Shown: positions 20,701 through 33,340, numbered from the stretch's first letter. The stretch is DNA of 64,000 bases from Myxococcales bacterium (GCA_045863395.1 BTVJ01000002.1:32001-96000), one strand, 5' to 3'. A program made the numbers and translations. Notes: generated by a model from the sequence alone, not told the origin.

Positions 20701-20962
20701 GGTCGGGCCGCCACGACTCGCCCTGCGCCCTCTCGCCCAGGACCGCCCCGAAGGCCTCCTGGATCACGGCGGCGGGGAAGGGGTGCCGCAGCCCCGCGGC
20801 GATGCCGAGCTGCTGCGCCAGGGTCATGCCGAGCCACCGCTCCATGCCGGGCGACAGCACGACCACCGTGCCCGGCGCGAAGGGGTCGCCCCCCGGAGCG
20901 GCGAGCAGCTCGCCGAGCACTCGCGCCAGCTCCTCGAGGCGATTGGACCGGTACACCCACAT
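17747..20962 (-). CDS. recC: Exodeoxyribonuclease V gamma subunit
   Basis: YRSNRLEEL, HPLLASLG, LQADIL, PRDVLVMTPD, VRWG, PMRSIPFRVVCLLG and HPLHPFS; ATGA overlap with recB. Confidence 0.95.
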   Translation of the reverse strand: MWVYRSNRLEELARVLGELLAAPGGDPFAPGTVVVLSPGMERWLGMTLAQQLGIAAGLRHPFPAAVIQEAFGAVLGERAQGESWRPDRLAWAVLRALTSLDDPALAPLAAYLQGDDAEPVSRRRLQLARTLAEVLDRALTYRPDSVLRWEEGADDEEAWIAALWRRVASLIDAPHAAALARAFSDALTASDGPIPGFPERLFVFGVTALPPFYLDLLSALSRRVEVHLFVLCPSRVFWGHVQDRRTIARELRRTGAADADALHLEQGHPLLASLGRLARDFQVVLEGGDGYRDAPGDLFVDPGTATTLTALQADILHLRHRGGGAEPLRRDPCDGTVRLHACHGRTRQAEVLHEDLVAIFTELPDLTPRDVLVMTPDIETWAPILDAVFGSAEPRIPFRVVDRTLRGTNPAAEALLSVLALVGGRCEAPAVVDLLSLDAVRARFDISAEELAELVGAVARSGVRWGIDAAHRAEHGQPPSGEHTWRFGLDRLLLGWAMEPDPATLFAGVLPLAAGDRAGAERVGRLAAACEALFGALASLRAPRIMADWSATLSGVLDALVCPETAGLRSVQQVRDTLAALAEEAGSPALTFDAARALVEARLGASGGAGGLLSGDVTFAALVPMRSIPFRVVCLLGLDDGAFPRAAPRSSLDVVARAPRIGDRTPRDDDRMMFLEALLAARDRLVITWTGRDPRDDRHLPPCGPVLELIDAIADTFATGDAEATRERLVRTHPLHPFSPRAYGVGGDEPLSHDRRHLAGARALVGPRVARPPFVTASVAPGDPVVTVDRLARFFRSPLRAWLTERLGVRPLEEAEALSDREPIELDALGAWGLRNQVLGWTLDGLGADAAGAAARASGLLPHGTPGDGLVALSLAEAAPIARVVRALRGGARLDPAEVDLTLGGVRLVGRVPRFPGGLVTHQAGKVKAHHELALWVRHLALHLSDGPADSRLVAVGGADAPTVLRLGALDEGDARTALESLLTLWLRGQSLPLPFAAEASRACAVAMARDPSTPDKALAVARAAWDGEADEAAARILGDASLVDPLPWNGGDFGELAVTVWAPLLATEAE

Positions 20963-21032
20963 GGGGGCCAGGAGTATCACAGGTCTCCGCTCGTGAGGAG
21001 CGCGGATGCCACCGGAGCCCCGATGCGGGGCT

Positions 21033-21060
21033 TTGTCGCGGCGCCCGGGTCCGCTAGAAT
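21033..21060 (+). promoter_or_regulatory. Possible sigma70 promoter for the RID-like gene
   Basis: TTGTCG-16 nt-TAGAAT, ending 30 bp before ATG 21091; GGAGG at 21081. Confidence 0.45.
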
Positions 21061-21090
21061 CCGCTCAAAGTCAGACCCATGGAGGCGCCG

Positions 21091-22695
21091 ATGCTCACTC
21101 TCAACATCTGGGAAGGCGACGACAAGGTGTCGCTCGTCACCAATGGCCGGGCGGCCTACGGCCATGCTGCGCTGGTCCTCGAGGCCCAGGGCGATTCGGT
21201 ACCCCGCTCCCTCTACATGAGCTGGTGGCCCGGGGACGGCGAGGAGGAGGAGATCAAGGTCCTCGGAAAGACCAAGGGCAAGACGGTCAACCGCCAGGAG
21301 GAGCGCACCTTCCGAGAGGACCTCTGGGCGGAGAACAACAACCGGTATCTCACGGACCTCGTGTTCACCGCGCCCACGTCCTCGGAGCGACAGTTCTGGT
21401 CCACGGCCAACGACGGGACGCCCGAAGAGCACGTGCGCTTCCTGTTCCGCAACAATGGCCAGGCGCTGCCGGAGCACGAGCCGTGGGATGACAAGCCCGT
21501 GCTGAGCGGCACGCTGGAGCGGTCTCCGGGCCACTGGGTGATCGACGTGCCCCACGAGAACCGCCTGTACCTGTGCTGGAACGGCAAGCAGGGGATCAAG
21601 GTGCAGCTCCACCAGGGCCACCGGTTCCTGTTCGAGGAGACCATCCAGGGCATCGGGACGGAGCTCGACGACCTCATCGGGCCCGAGGACGTGACCAGGG
21701 TCCAGACGGAGGACGTCCCGGACTCCATTCGAGGGCCGCTGGAGGCACATCACTTCCCGGTGCACGAGGACGCGGAGATCCGGCGCGTGTCGGAGCGCCA
21801 GTGGGCGATCACGTCGCCGAAGCACGACTACTACCTCGTCGCGACGGACATGGGCCGCACGAAGGTCCGGTTCTACCGCTGGACCCGCCAGGGCCTGGCG
21901 CCGAGCCGGAACATCAGGATCCCCACCCTGACGGCCGACGGGCGGGGCCTGGACGACCGCGCCATGGCCCGGTGGTGGGCCGCCTTCAACGCCGACACCA
22001 ACCCCAAGTGGAGCACGTTCGACCGCAACTGCTCCGTGATCGTCGCGACGGCGCTCCGCGTCGGGGGGGCCACTCGCTTCGCGAAGCCCCACGTCACCGC
22101 CTCGTGGTTGTGCTGGACCCCGAGCGACATCGCCACCTACGGGGAGGCGCTGGCGCTCGCCATCGGGAAGAAGGAGAAGAAGCGCCAGAAGAAGGAGCAG
22201 CGAACACAGGGGACCGGCGGACCGCGCGTGAACCCGCTGCTCCAAGGCGGCCGTGGCACAGGGTCGACCCAGCGGCCCGGGTGGATGACCGGGCGCGTCC
22301 CCCAGGTCACGGAGGGGCAGCAGGGCGGGTTCGTCATCGGCAGCACGCGGACGCGCCAGGAGCCGCCCGACCAGCCGCCGCAGCAGCCGGTGCCGCAGCA
22401 GGAAGAACCCCAGCCCGCCCCGGTGTGGACGAAGCAGCAGTTCCGCGACCAGACGAAGTCCAACACCTTCCTCTCCGGCAGGAACTCCGATCTGACGCTG
22501 ATCGACACCGCACTCCAGGCCTACCACCTGACCTACCACGGTCAGACGCAGGCGCGGATCAACAAGCTCAACGCGGTCCTGGACGCCATCGCGAAGCTGA
22601 CCCTGAAGCACCCGGACTCGAAGAAGCTGGGCGCCGTCTACGAGCTCGCCGAGCAGGTCGTGGCGCAGCGCCTGGCGCTCGTCGCGCTGCTGTAG
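21091..22695 (+). CDS. Permuted papain-like (His-before-Cys) RID-like acyltransferase with a C-terminal 4-helix membrane-localisation-like domain
   Basis: GHAAL, YMSWWP, GLDDRAM..WW, NCSVIVATALRVGGA and WTPSD; Q/P-rich linker; C-terminal WTKQQF...HPDSKK..VYELAEQV. Confidence 0.75.
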   Translation: MLTLNIWEGDDKVSLVTNGRAAYGHAALVLEAQGDSVPRSLYMSWWPGDGEEEEIKVLGKTKGKTVNRQEERTFREDLWAENNNRYLTDLVFTAPTSSERQFWSTANDGTPEEHVRFLFRNNGQALPEHEPWDDKPVLSGTLERSPGHWVIDVPHENRLYLCWNGKQGIKVQLHQGHRFLFEETIQGIGTELDDLIGPEDVTRVQTEDVPDSIRGPLEAHHFPVHEDAEIRRVSERQWAITSPKHDYYLVATDMGRTKVRFYRWTRQGLAPSRNIRIPTLTADGRGLDDRAMARWWAAFNADTNPKWSTFDRNCSVIVATALRVGGATRFAKPHVTASWLCWTPSDIATYGEALALAIGKKEKKRQKKEQRTQGTGGPRVNPLLQGGRGTGSTQRPGWMTGRVPQVTEGQQGGFVIGSTRTRQEPPDQPPQQPVPQQEEPQPAPVWTKQQFRDQTKSNTFLSGRNSDLTLIDTALQAYHLTYHGQTQARINKLNAVLDAIAKLTLKHPDSKKLGAVYELAEQVVAQRLALVALL

Positions 22696-22701
22696 GGGGC
22701 G

Positions 22702-24186
22702 TCACCGGCCGGGCGTGGCTGAGGGGAGGGCGCCCTGGACCTCTCTCCGTAGCGCCAGGAGCGCCGGGTCCGGACCCACGCGGGCAAGGGCCCGGTCGAC
22801 GGCGGCAACGGCCTCGACCGGGCGGCCGGCGCGCACGAGGGCCCGTGCGAGGAGCGCGGTGTTGGGCGGGACGCCGGGGAGGAGGTGGTCCGCCGCTGAG
22901 AGCGTCTCCACCGCGTCCTCGACGCGCCCCGCGTCCAGGTAGAGCTGCCCGAGGACGTGGTGGGCGTTGAATGACTCGGGCCAGGCGGCGACGGTGGCCT
23001 CCTGGAGCGCCAGGTCGCTCTCCCAGTCCCCGTTGCGGGTGAGCACCATGGCCGCGTAGCCCGCCAGGACGAGGGCGCCCGCCACCATGAGTCGACGCCG
23101 TGCGAGCGCATGGCCGGCGGCCGCGACCACCACCGCGATGCCGATGGTCGGGATCAGCAGGAAGCGCTCGGCGGCCCCGACGGGCAGGGGGACGAGCTGG
23201 CTGAACGGGAGGAGCCCGACGAGCCAGCACCCGAGACCCATGGCGACGAGGGGCGCGCGCCGGCGGAGCGCGATGACGAGCCCGATGGTCACCACCAGGG
23301 CGGCGAGCCCGGCCAGCGCCACCGGGTCGGCGAGGGAGGAGGCCGGCGGCAGGATGGTCCAGTCGTAGAACGGCGTCAGGGGCCACGGGAGGACCAGCAG
23401 GCGCACGTAGAGCCCGTAGATCTTCATGGCGCTCATGAAGACCAGGGGGCCATCCAGGTCGCCGAAGAAGCGCACGTCGGTGGGGGTGAGCAGGGCCGCG
23501 CGCGCCACCAGCCACGCAGCGAGCACGGCCGCGAGGGCCCCGTACAGCGGCCACCAGGGGCGGGCGAGGAGGCGACCCCGGCGGGTGACGAGCTCCGTCG
23601 CCAGGAGCCAGGCGGGCAGGGTCGCGGCGGACTCCTTCGACAGCAGGCCGGCGGCGTAGACGAGGGGGATGAGCAGCAGGTTGCGCGGGCGCCGGTCGCC
23701 CCCCGTCAGCAGCGCGAGGGCGCCGGCCACGGCCAGGGCCGCGAGGAGCTCCGTCCGGTAGGTGACCAGGTTGACCGCCTCGGCGTGCACCGGGTGGACC
23801 GCATACCAGAGCCCCCCGGCCAGGGCGCCCCCCGGGGAGGTCAAGCGCCCGAGCACGAGGGCCACCAGGGCGCAGAGGGCCGCGTACAGCAGGACGTTCG
23901 TCAGGTGGAAGCCGGCAGGCCGCAGCCCCCAGATGGCGTGGTCCAGGGCGAAGGAGGTCGACGCGAGCGGGCGCCAGTAGGACTGGTTGATCTGGCGCTC
24001 GTAGAGGTCGTCGGAGTCCGCGCCGACCGCGCTGAGGAACATGCCCGGCACGTTGGCGAGGGAGCGGATCTCGGTGTTGCGGACGACGTTGTAGCCGTCG
24101 TCCATCACGAAGCCGTTGCCCAGCGTCGTCAGGTAGAGGGCCGCCCCCACCAGGGCGACCACGAGCGCTGCCCGGCTCCGCGTCAC
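22702..24186 (-). CDS. TMTC-like GT-C membrane glycosyltransferase with C-terminal TPR repeats
   Basis: GFVMDD, YWRPL, FHLTNV, HPVHAEAV, SKE and AERF motifs plus TPR-like helices; GGAGG before GTG 24186. Confidence 0.8.
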   Translation of the reverse strand: MTRSRAALVVALVGAALYLTTLGNGFVMDDGYNVVRNTEIRSLANVPGMFLSAVGADSDDLYERQINQSYWRPLASTSFALDHAIWGLRPAGFHLTNVLLYAALCALVALVLGRLTSPGGALAGGLWYAVHPVHAEAVNLVTYRTELLAALAVAGALALLTGGDRRPRNLLLIPLVYAAGLLSKESAATLPAWLLATELVTRRGRLLARPWWPLYGALAAVLAAWLVARAALLTPTDVRFFGDLDGPLVFMSAMKIYGLYVRLLVLPWPLTPFYDWTILPPASSLADPVALAGLAALVVTIGLVIALRRRAPLVAMGLGCWLVGLLPFSQLVPLPVGAAERFLLIPTIGIAVVVAAAGHALARRRLMVAGALVLAGYAAMVLTRNGDWESDLALQEATVAAWPESFNAHHVLGQLYLDAGRVEDAVETLSAADHLLPGVPPNTALLARALVRAGRPVEAVAAVDRALARVGPDPALLALRREVQGALPSATPGR

Positions 24187-24349
24187 GTCACCACCTCCGC
24201 GCGGGCATCTTCGCTGGCGCGGTCGCCGCGCGCAAGGCCGCGGGGGGCCCTTGCGCGCGGTGGGTCCCGGTGCCACCCTCTGCTGCGCAGTCTCCACGGC
24301 GGTGTTCGGCCACGGGGCGGCGAGACGGACGGACCCGGCGGAAGGGGCG

Positions 24350-26449
24350 ATGCGGGAGGGTCTCAGACCTCAGGAGCACACCGTGTCGACGGCAGTGGAG
24401 CCCCTCGGGTGCCCGCGGTTCGCGCGCCCATACCGGGCGCTCTGGCTGATCCTGCTCCTGGCGCCGAGCGCCCACGCCGCCATCCCGCCCGGGCAGGAGG
24501 AGCGGGCGGGGCGCATGCTCGGCCTGGGCGAAGCGCTCCCTGGAAGCTGCCGCCTGACCGCCGCCCAGGTGGGGCCCGACGTCGTCTCCGGCCGCTACGG
24601 CTGCCCCGAAGGAGAGGTGGTCCTGGAGCTGGGCCCGCCGTCGGGCGCGGGCGTTCGGACGGAGCGCTTCTCCATCGCTGCCACGGGCCCCGCGCCGAGC
24701 GCCCTCGTCGCCGCGGTGGTGGAGCGCGTCCGCCGCGAGGAGGGTGAGTGGCTCTGGGCGGGCGGTCCGCCGTCGCCGCGGGCGGAGGAGCGAGGGTCCG
24801 AGGCTCCGCGCAGCGGGCCGTCGGCGTGGATCCCGCACGTTGGTGTCGGGTCCACGCCATGGCTGCCGTGGTTGGCGCTGCTCCTGCTGGCCGCGGCGTG
24901 GGTCCCGTCGCGGCGCGGGGCGCCCCCGCCGATCACGGGTCGCAGCGGGCCGAGTGGACTGGGACGGGGGGGCGAGGAGGGGGCCGGGCTCCTGGCCGAC
25001 GGCACACCGCGGCTGTTCGCCCGCTCGGACGTGGCGACCGCGGCCACGCTCGTCCTGGCCGCGCTGGCGCTGCGCCTCCTCTTCGGGGTCCACGGCCCGC
25101 TCCACGTCAACGGGACGGGCCCGCTGTGGCTCGCCGGCGCGCTCCGGCCAGAGCTGCTCCACCTCTACGGTCCGGGCTACGCCGAGCTCATGGCGCTCGT
25201 CACGCGCCTGCCCCTGGCCCCCGACACGGCCATCTTCGGGGCCAACGCGCTGCTCGGTGCCCTGGTCGCCGGGCTCGCATCTGCCATCGGGCGGCTCGTC
25301 GGCCTCCCTCGGTCCCACGCGGCCATCGCCGGGGCGCTCCTGGCTGCGGACCCCGTGGCGGTGCACATGGGCGCCTCCGAGGCGTACTTCCCCGGCATCG
25401 CGGCCCTGACCGCTGGCGGCGCCGTCACGCTGCTGCTCGCGGCACGCCTCGCCCTCGGGCGGCGCTTCGTCCGCGCCGCGCTGGTGGCCCTGGCCGGCGC
25501 CCTGCTGTGCGCCCAGGCGGCCCGCGTGCACCCCGCCGCGTGGATCCCCGTGGCGCTCACACCGCTGATCGTCCTCGCGGTCCTGGGCGCGCCGTCCCTG
25601 CGTTGGCGCCTGGTGGGCGCCGCGGCAGCCTGCGCACTCGTCGCCGCCGTCACGATCCTGACCAGCGGGCGTCACCTGGCGTCGTCCATGGAGTGGTCCA
25701 CCCAGGGAGAGGTGCTCACCGGTCCGCTCCAGCCCTCGTGGGGGGGAGTCGCGCTGGTGATCGGGGGGGCCGCGCTGGCCCTCGGGTGGGCTCCCCGCGC
25801 CCGGTGGCTGGCGGTGCCGGCGGCGCTGTCCGGGTGCGCCGCGGTCCTGCTGGCGGACTACTACGGCCAGAGCGCCATCTGGCAGCAGTCCTTCGTGCGG
25901 CTGTACCTGACCGTGCCTGCGGTGGCGCTCGCCGCCTGCGTCCCGGCGCGCCGCTGGCTCCTCGTGGGGGGCGTCGCGGTGGCGGCGCTGGTCATCGGCT
26001 TCTCCGCGGTCCCGCGCGAGCCCACCACGGAGCAGCTCGAATACGCGTGGCTCAGGGAGCGCCTCCTGGCGGCCGAGCCCGGCTGTCGCCTCGCCTGGCT
26101 GGGCCGGGCAGGGGACCGCAACATGGCGCTGCCCGGGTTTCTCCTCCCAGGCGCCCCGCGGGGAGCGCCCGACCTGGTGCTCCACCCGGGCGGGGAGCCG
26201 ATCCTTCCGCCAGGCTGCGTCCTGTACGTCCGCTCGTCCCTGTGCTCCTCCGGGGAGGGCCGCCATGAGTGCGACGCCATCGAGGGGCGCCTCGATCTCG
26301 AGCCAGTGGCAAGCGTGGCGCTGCCGGCAGTCCCCAGCTACCGGCGCCACCACTACGACCGGGACGCGGTGGTCGTGGAGCTGTCGCGTGTCCGGGCGGT
26401 GCGGGGGGCCTGGGACGGCGCGAGCGGTGCGGGTGCCCGCGGTCGGTGA
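24350..26449 (+). CDS. Polytopic membrane protein, possibly a GT-C-like glycosyltransferase (start uncertain)
   Basis: Signal-like LWLILLLAPSAHA, about 10 hydrophobic segments and a Cys-containing C-terminal soluble domain. Confidence 0.55.
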   Translation: MREGLRPQEHTVSTAVEPLGCPRFARPYRALWLILLLAPSAHAAIPPGQEERAGRMLGLGEALPGSCRLTAAQVGPDVVSGRYGCPEGEVVLELGPPSGAGVRTERFSIAATGPAPSALVAAVVERVRREEGEWLWAGGPPSPRAEERGSEAPRSGPSAWIPHVGVGSTPWLPWLALLLLAAAWVPSRRGAPPPITGRSGPSGLGRGGEEGAGLLADGTPRLFARSDVATAATLVLAALALRLLFGVHGPLHVNGTGPLWLAGALRPELLHLYGPGYAELMALVTRLPLAPDTAIFGANALLGALVAGLASAIGRLVGLPRSHAAIAGALLAADPVAVHMGASEAYFPGIAALTAGGAVTLLLAARLALGRRFVRAALVALAGALLCAQAARVHPAAWIPVALTPLIVLAVLGAPSLRWRLVGAAAACALVAAVTILTSGRHLASSMEWSTQGEVLTGPLQPSWGGVALVIGGAALALGWAPRARWLAVPAALSGCAAVLLADYYGQSAIWQQSFVRLYLTVPAVALAACVPARRWLLVGGVAVAALVIGFSAVPREPTTEQLEYAWLRERLLAAEPGCRLAWLGRAGDRNMALPGFLLPGAPRGAPDLVLHPGGEPILPPGCVLYVRSSLCSSGEGRHECDAIEGRLDLEPVASVALPAVPSYRRHHYDRDAVVVELSRVRAVRGAWDGASGAGARGR

Positions 26450-26523
26450 GGAGTCGTGCGCCGCTCTGGACTCCGCGCTGCGCGTGTGCCACCCTCCGCC
26501 GCTCTCTCGAACCCGGAGGCTCC

Positions 26524-27372
<849 letters not shown>

Positions 27373-27861
27373 CGCCTCGGGGGCTGATCGCCACCTCCGC
27401 AGCCGTGAGGCCTGGATCGGGCGATGAGTCGCGGGGGCCAGAGAGGCAGGCCGCCCGTGCCCGAACCGCGACGGAAGCCTTCGGGCCCCACCCCTCACTC
27501 GAACCGCGCCGCCGCCCCCACCGGAACCTCGCAGTCTCCGGCCGCCACCTCCAGGACCCAGCGGGTCGATGGGTGGCAGTGCGGGGTCAGGTCTCCCGCA
27601 AGGATCCCGCACGTCGTCCCCACCACTCTCCCTTCGCCGCCCACGTGGATCGCGTCGATGGCGATGGGGACGCCCAGGTTGACGATGCAGACCTCGCCCT
27701 CCACGGGGAACGCGAGGACCAGGCCCTCTCCTGCTCCCAGGTGGCGCCCGACCAGCCCCGCGGCGCGTTCGTCGGGCGTGCGCGCGACCTCCACGCACAC
27801 GTCGAGCACCCCTGCCTCCCACTCCACCCGCGCGGAGGGGCAGGGCGGGTCGCAGGCGAGG

Positions 27862-30145
<2,284 letters not shown>

Positions 30146-30156
<11 letters not shown>

Positions 30157-31144
30157 CGCCGAGCCTCCGCTCCAGGGCGGCCCCGACCCACGGGCCGCCC
30201 GCGTACAGGAAGTTTCCGCCCACCGCCCACAGCCTGCCCGACGGGTCCCCAAAGAGGCCGTGGAAGTCCACCTCCGTCTCGATGGCGTCCACCCTCGGCG
30301 TCAGGGTCTCGAAGTCGAACGTCGCCAGGGTCCCCTGGTTGGCGGCCACGTGGAACCGGTCCCCCGACCGCATCCACACGCCGTTGATGCCGGGCAGGGT
30401 CGGGAGCTGCTCCGTGCGCCAGCTCTTGCCATCCCAGCGCGACACCACTCCGCCAGCACGCCCGCCCACGATGACCACCCGGTCTGGCCCCGTTCCCCAG
30501 ACGCCGATGAGATCCGTGCTGGCCCCGACCCCCAGCTCCTCGATCACCGCGCCGTCCCAGTGGAGCACCGCGCCGTTCCTGCCCACGATGTAGACGTCGG
30601 TGGCGCTCGACCCCCACACCTTGTTGAAGGCGCTCACCTTGGGGCGCACCAGCGGCGGCAGCTCCACGGCCTTCCACGACGTGCCGTCCCACCGGAGCAC
30701 GGTGCGGTCCTCGTCCTTCATGCCCCGGCCCCCCACGGCCCACACGTCGTTCGGCGTCGCGCCCCACAAGCCCCACAGGTCCTGGTCCGTCGGCGTGTCC
30801 ATGGGTCGCAGCGTCGCCCCGTCCCACCGCAGGATGGTGCCGCCGTTGCCGGCGATCATCACGTCGTCGGGGGCGAAGGCGTGGACCCAGTTGAGGAGCG
30901 GGACCCCTCCCTCGACGGGCTGCTCCCGCCACGCGCCGTCGAACCGCATGATGCGGCCCTGGTCGGGCTGCCCCCCAACGGCCCACAGGTCCGTGGCGGA
31001 GGTGCCGCTGACGCTGAGCAGCCAGAGAGAGGAGGCGTCGAAGGCCTCCGTCCAGGTGCCGGGGCCCGAGGGGGGAGCGGCCGGCTCTTCACACGCCGGG
31101 AGGGCCGCGATGGCGGCGAGGATCAGCGCGACGCAACGTGTCAT
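30146..31144 (-). CDS. Beta-propeller-like repeat lipoprotein
   Basis: LPAC lipobox; about 7 repeats of (L/V)WG.s..DVWAVG..G.vlrWDG..W. Confidence 0.75.
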
Positions 31145-31153
31145 GGGGCCGCA

Positions 31154-33340
31154 CTATACGAGCTCGCCGCCCCCTGTTCCAGACATCAAGGCCCGGAGCT
31201 GTGATTCGAGCACCGCGGGCTCGGTGGTCGGCGCCTGGCACGTCCCCTCCTCGCAGACCCAGGCGGTCGCGCCCCCCTTCGCGTCCTTGCCGGCCAGCCA
31301 CGGAGCCAGGTGACGCACATCCACCCCCTCCTCGACCCGAACCAGGGCGGCGCGGGGCGCCCAGGCCCGGGCGAAGGCCGCCACGAGCGCCGCGTCGTCG
31401 CCTCCCCGCGGGCGGATGACCGCCACCTGGACGGGGCGGGCGAGCAGCAGGTCCAGCGCGACCACCATGCGCGCCACGCCGGACGGGTGACGACCCACCA
31501 GGTCCCCAAAGGCGCGCAGGGTCCGCACGGCTCGCTCCCGATGGCGCTCGTCGCCGGTCACGCCATGCAGCCGCACGTGGAGCAGCGCCGCCAGGCCGTT
31601 GCCCGACGGCTCGGCGCCATCCCAGGCGGGCACCTCCCGGGCGAGCAGGGCCTCCCCGTCGGACGGGGTCATGGCGTAGGCGCCGTCGAGGAGGAACCGG
31701 CTCTCCAGCTCCTCGGCGAGCCACAGGGCGCGCTCCAGCCAGAGTCCGCTCCCCGTCGCCTCGAACAGGTCCAACAACCCCAGCCCCAAGGCCGCGTGGT
31801 CGTCGAGGAGCCCCACGTGGCTCGCCACCCCTCCCCGGGCGCAGCGCCGGAGCCGCCCCTCACCGATGAGCACGTCCTCGGCGAACCGGGCCGCTGCCTC
31901 TGCCGCCGCCGTGTACCGTGGCTCACCGAGGAGCAGGCCCCCCCGCGCCAGGGCGGAGATGGCGAGGCCGTTCCAGGCCGCGATGATCTTGTCGTCGAGC
32001 AGGGGCGCGGGTCGCGAACGGCGCGCTTCTCTGAGCCTCACGAGGCACCTCCGCAGCGCCTCGGGGTCTCGGGGCCCTCGCGCCGCGTGCAGGATCGTCC
32101 GCCCCTCGAAGTTGCCGCGCTCGGTGACGGCCGACCACTCCTCGACGTGGGCCGCCTCGGACCCCAGGACCTCCCGCAGCTCGTCCGGCGTCCACGTGAA
32201 GAACCAGCCCTCCTCCAGGTGGCCGTCCGGGGTCCTGCTGTCGGCGTCCGTCGCCGACCAGAGGCCCCCGCAGGGATCCACCATCTCGCGGACCAGGTAG
32301 TCCAGGGTGTCGCGGGCCACGTCCGCATGGCGCTCGTCGCCCGTCACGGCCCACGCGTGCAAGTAGGCGCTGGCGAGCTGCGCGTTGTCGTAGAGCATCT
32401 TCTCGAAGTGCGGCACGAGCCAACGCCCGTCCACGGAGTAGCGGTGGAAGCCGCCCCCGGCGTGGTCGCGCATCCCGCCCGCCGCCATCCGATCCAGGGT
32501 GTGCACCGCCATGGAGAGAGCGCCGGGGTCACGACGTCCCGCGTGGAGCAAGGCCTCGATCAGCGACGGCTGGGGGAACTTGGGCGGCCCCCCGAAGCCC
32601 CCATGCGTGCGGTCATACACCCCGGCCAGCTCCGCCGTCAGGCGCCCGAGCACCTCCGGCCCCGGCAGGTCACCGGGGCGTGCGCGGCGCAGGCGGTCGT
32701 CGATCTCTTGCGCGACCCGGCGCCCGTGCTCCACGACGCGCGCACGATCCCCCCTCCAGGTATGCTCAAGCGCCTGGAGGATGGTCAGGAACCCGTGCGG
32801 CGAGCCCCGGTCCCCGTCGCGGGCCGGGAAGTACGTCCCCCCGAAGAAGGGCTCCCGGTCGTGGGTCAGCACGGTGGTCATGGGCCAGCCCCCATGACCC
32901 GTCATCATCTGCACTGCGGCCATGTAGACCGCGTCCACGTCGGGGCGCTGCTCCCGGTCCACCTTGATGGCCACGTAGTTGGAGTTGACATAATCAGCGA
33001 TCTCCGGGTCCTCGAAGGACTCCACCTCCATGACGTGGCACCAGTGGCAGGTGGCGTACCCGATGCTCAGGAGGACCGGGCGGTCCAGGGCTCGTGCCAA
33101 CGCAAACGCCTCGTCCCCCCAGGGGTGCCAGTCCACGGGGTTGTGGGCGTGCTGAAGCAGATACGGGCTGCTCTCGCGCACGAGGCGGTTCGTCCAGCGG
33201 GGGCCTCCGTCAGGTCGCAGGTGGTGGGTGCGAGGCGCGTAGCCGGGCCCCATGGCGGCGAGCGCCCGGTCCAGCTCCCCCCGAAGCCCCGCAGGCCACT
33301 CCGGCGCCCCGGGGGGCACCGTCCATCGGATGTCGCTCAT
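31154..33340 (-). CDS. YyaL/SSP411-like thioredoxin-domain protein
   Basis: [33 protein letters not shown] and [11 protein letters not shown]. Confidence 0.93.
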   Translation of the reverse strand: MSDIRWTVPPGAPEWPAGLRGELDRALAAMGPGYAPRTHHLRPDGGPRWTNRLVRESSPYLLQHAHNPVDWHPWGDEAFALARALDRPVLLSIGYATCHWCHVMEVESFEDPEIADYVNSNYVAIKVDREQRPDVDAVYMAAVQMMTGHGGWPMTTVLTHDREPFFGGTYFPARDGDRGSPHGFLTILQALEHTWRGDRARVVEHGRRVAQEIDDRLRRARPGDLPGPEVLGRLTAELAGVYDRTHGGFGGPPKFPQPSLIEALLHAGRRDPGALSMAVHTLDRMAAGGMRDHAGGGFHRYSVDGRWLVPHFEKMLYDNAQLASAYLHAWAVTGDERHADVARDTLDYLVREMVDPCGGLWSATDADSRTPDGHLEEGWFFTWTPDELREVLGSEAAHVEEWSAVTERGNFEGRTILHAARGPRDPEALRRCLVRLREARRSRPAPLLDDKIIAAWNGLAISALARGGLLLGEPRYTAAAEAAARFAEDVLIGEGRLRRCARGGVASHVGLLDDHAALGLGLLDLFEATGSGLWLERALWLAEELESRFLLDGAYAMTPSDGEALLAREVPAWDGAEPSGNGLAALLHVRLHGVTGDERHRERAVRTLRAFGDLVGRHPSGVARMVVALDLLLARPVQVAVIRPRGGDDAALVAAFARAWAPRAALVRVEEGVDVRHLAPWLAGKDAKGGATAWVCEEGTCQAPTTEPAVLESQLRALMSGTGGGELV

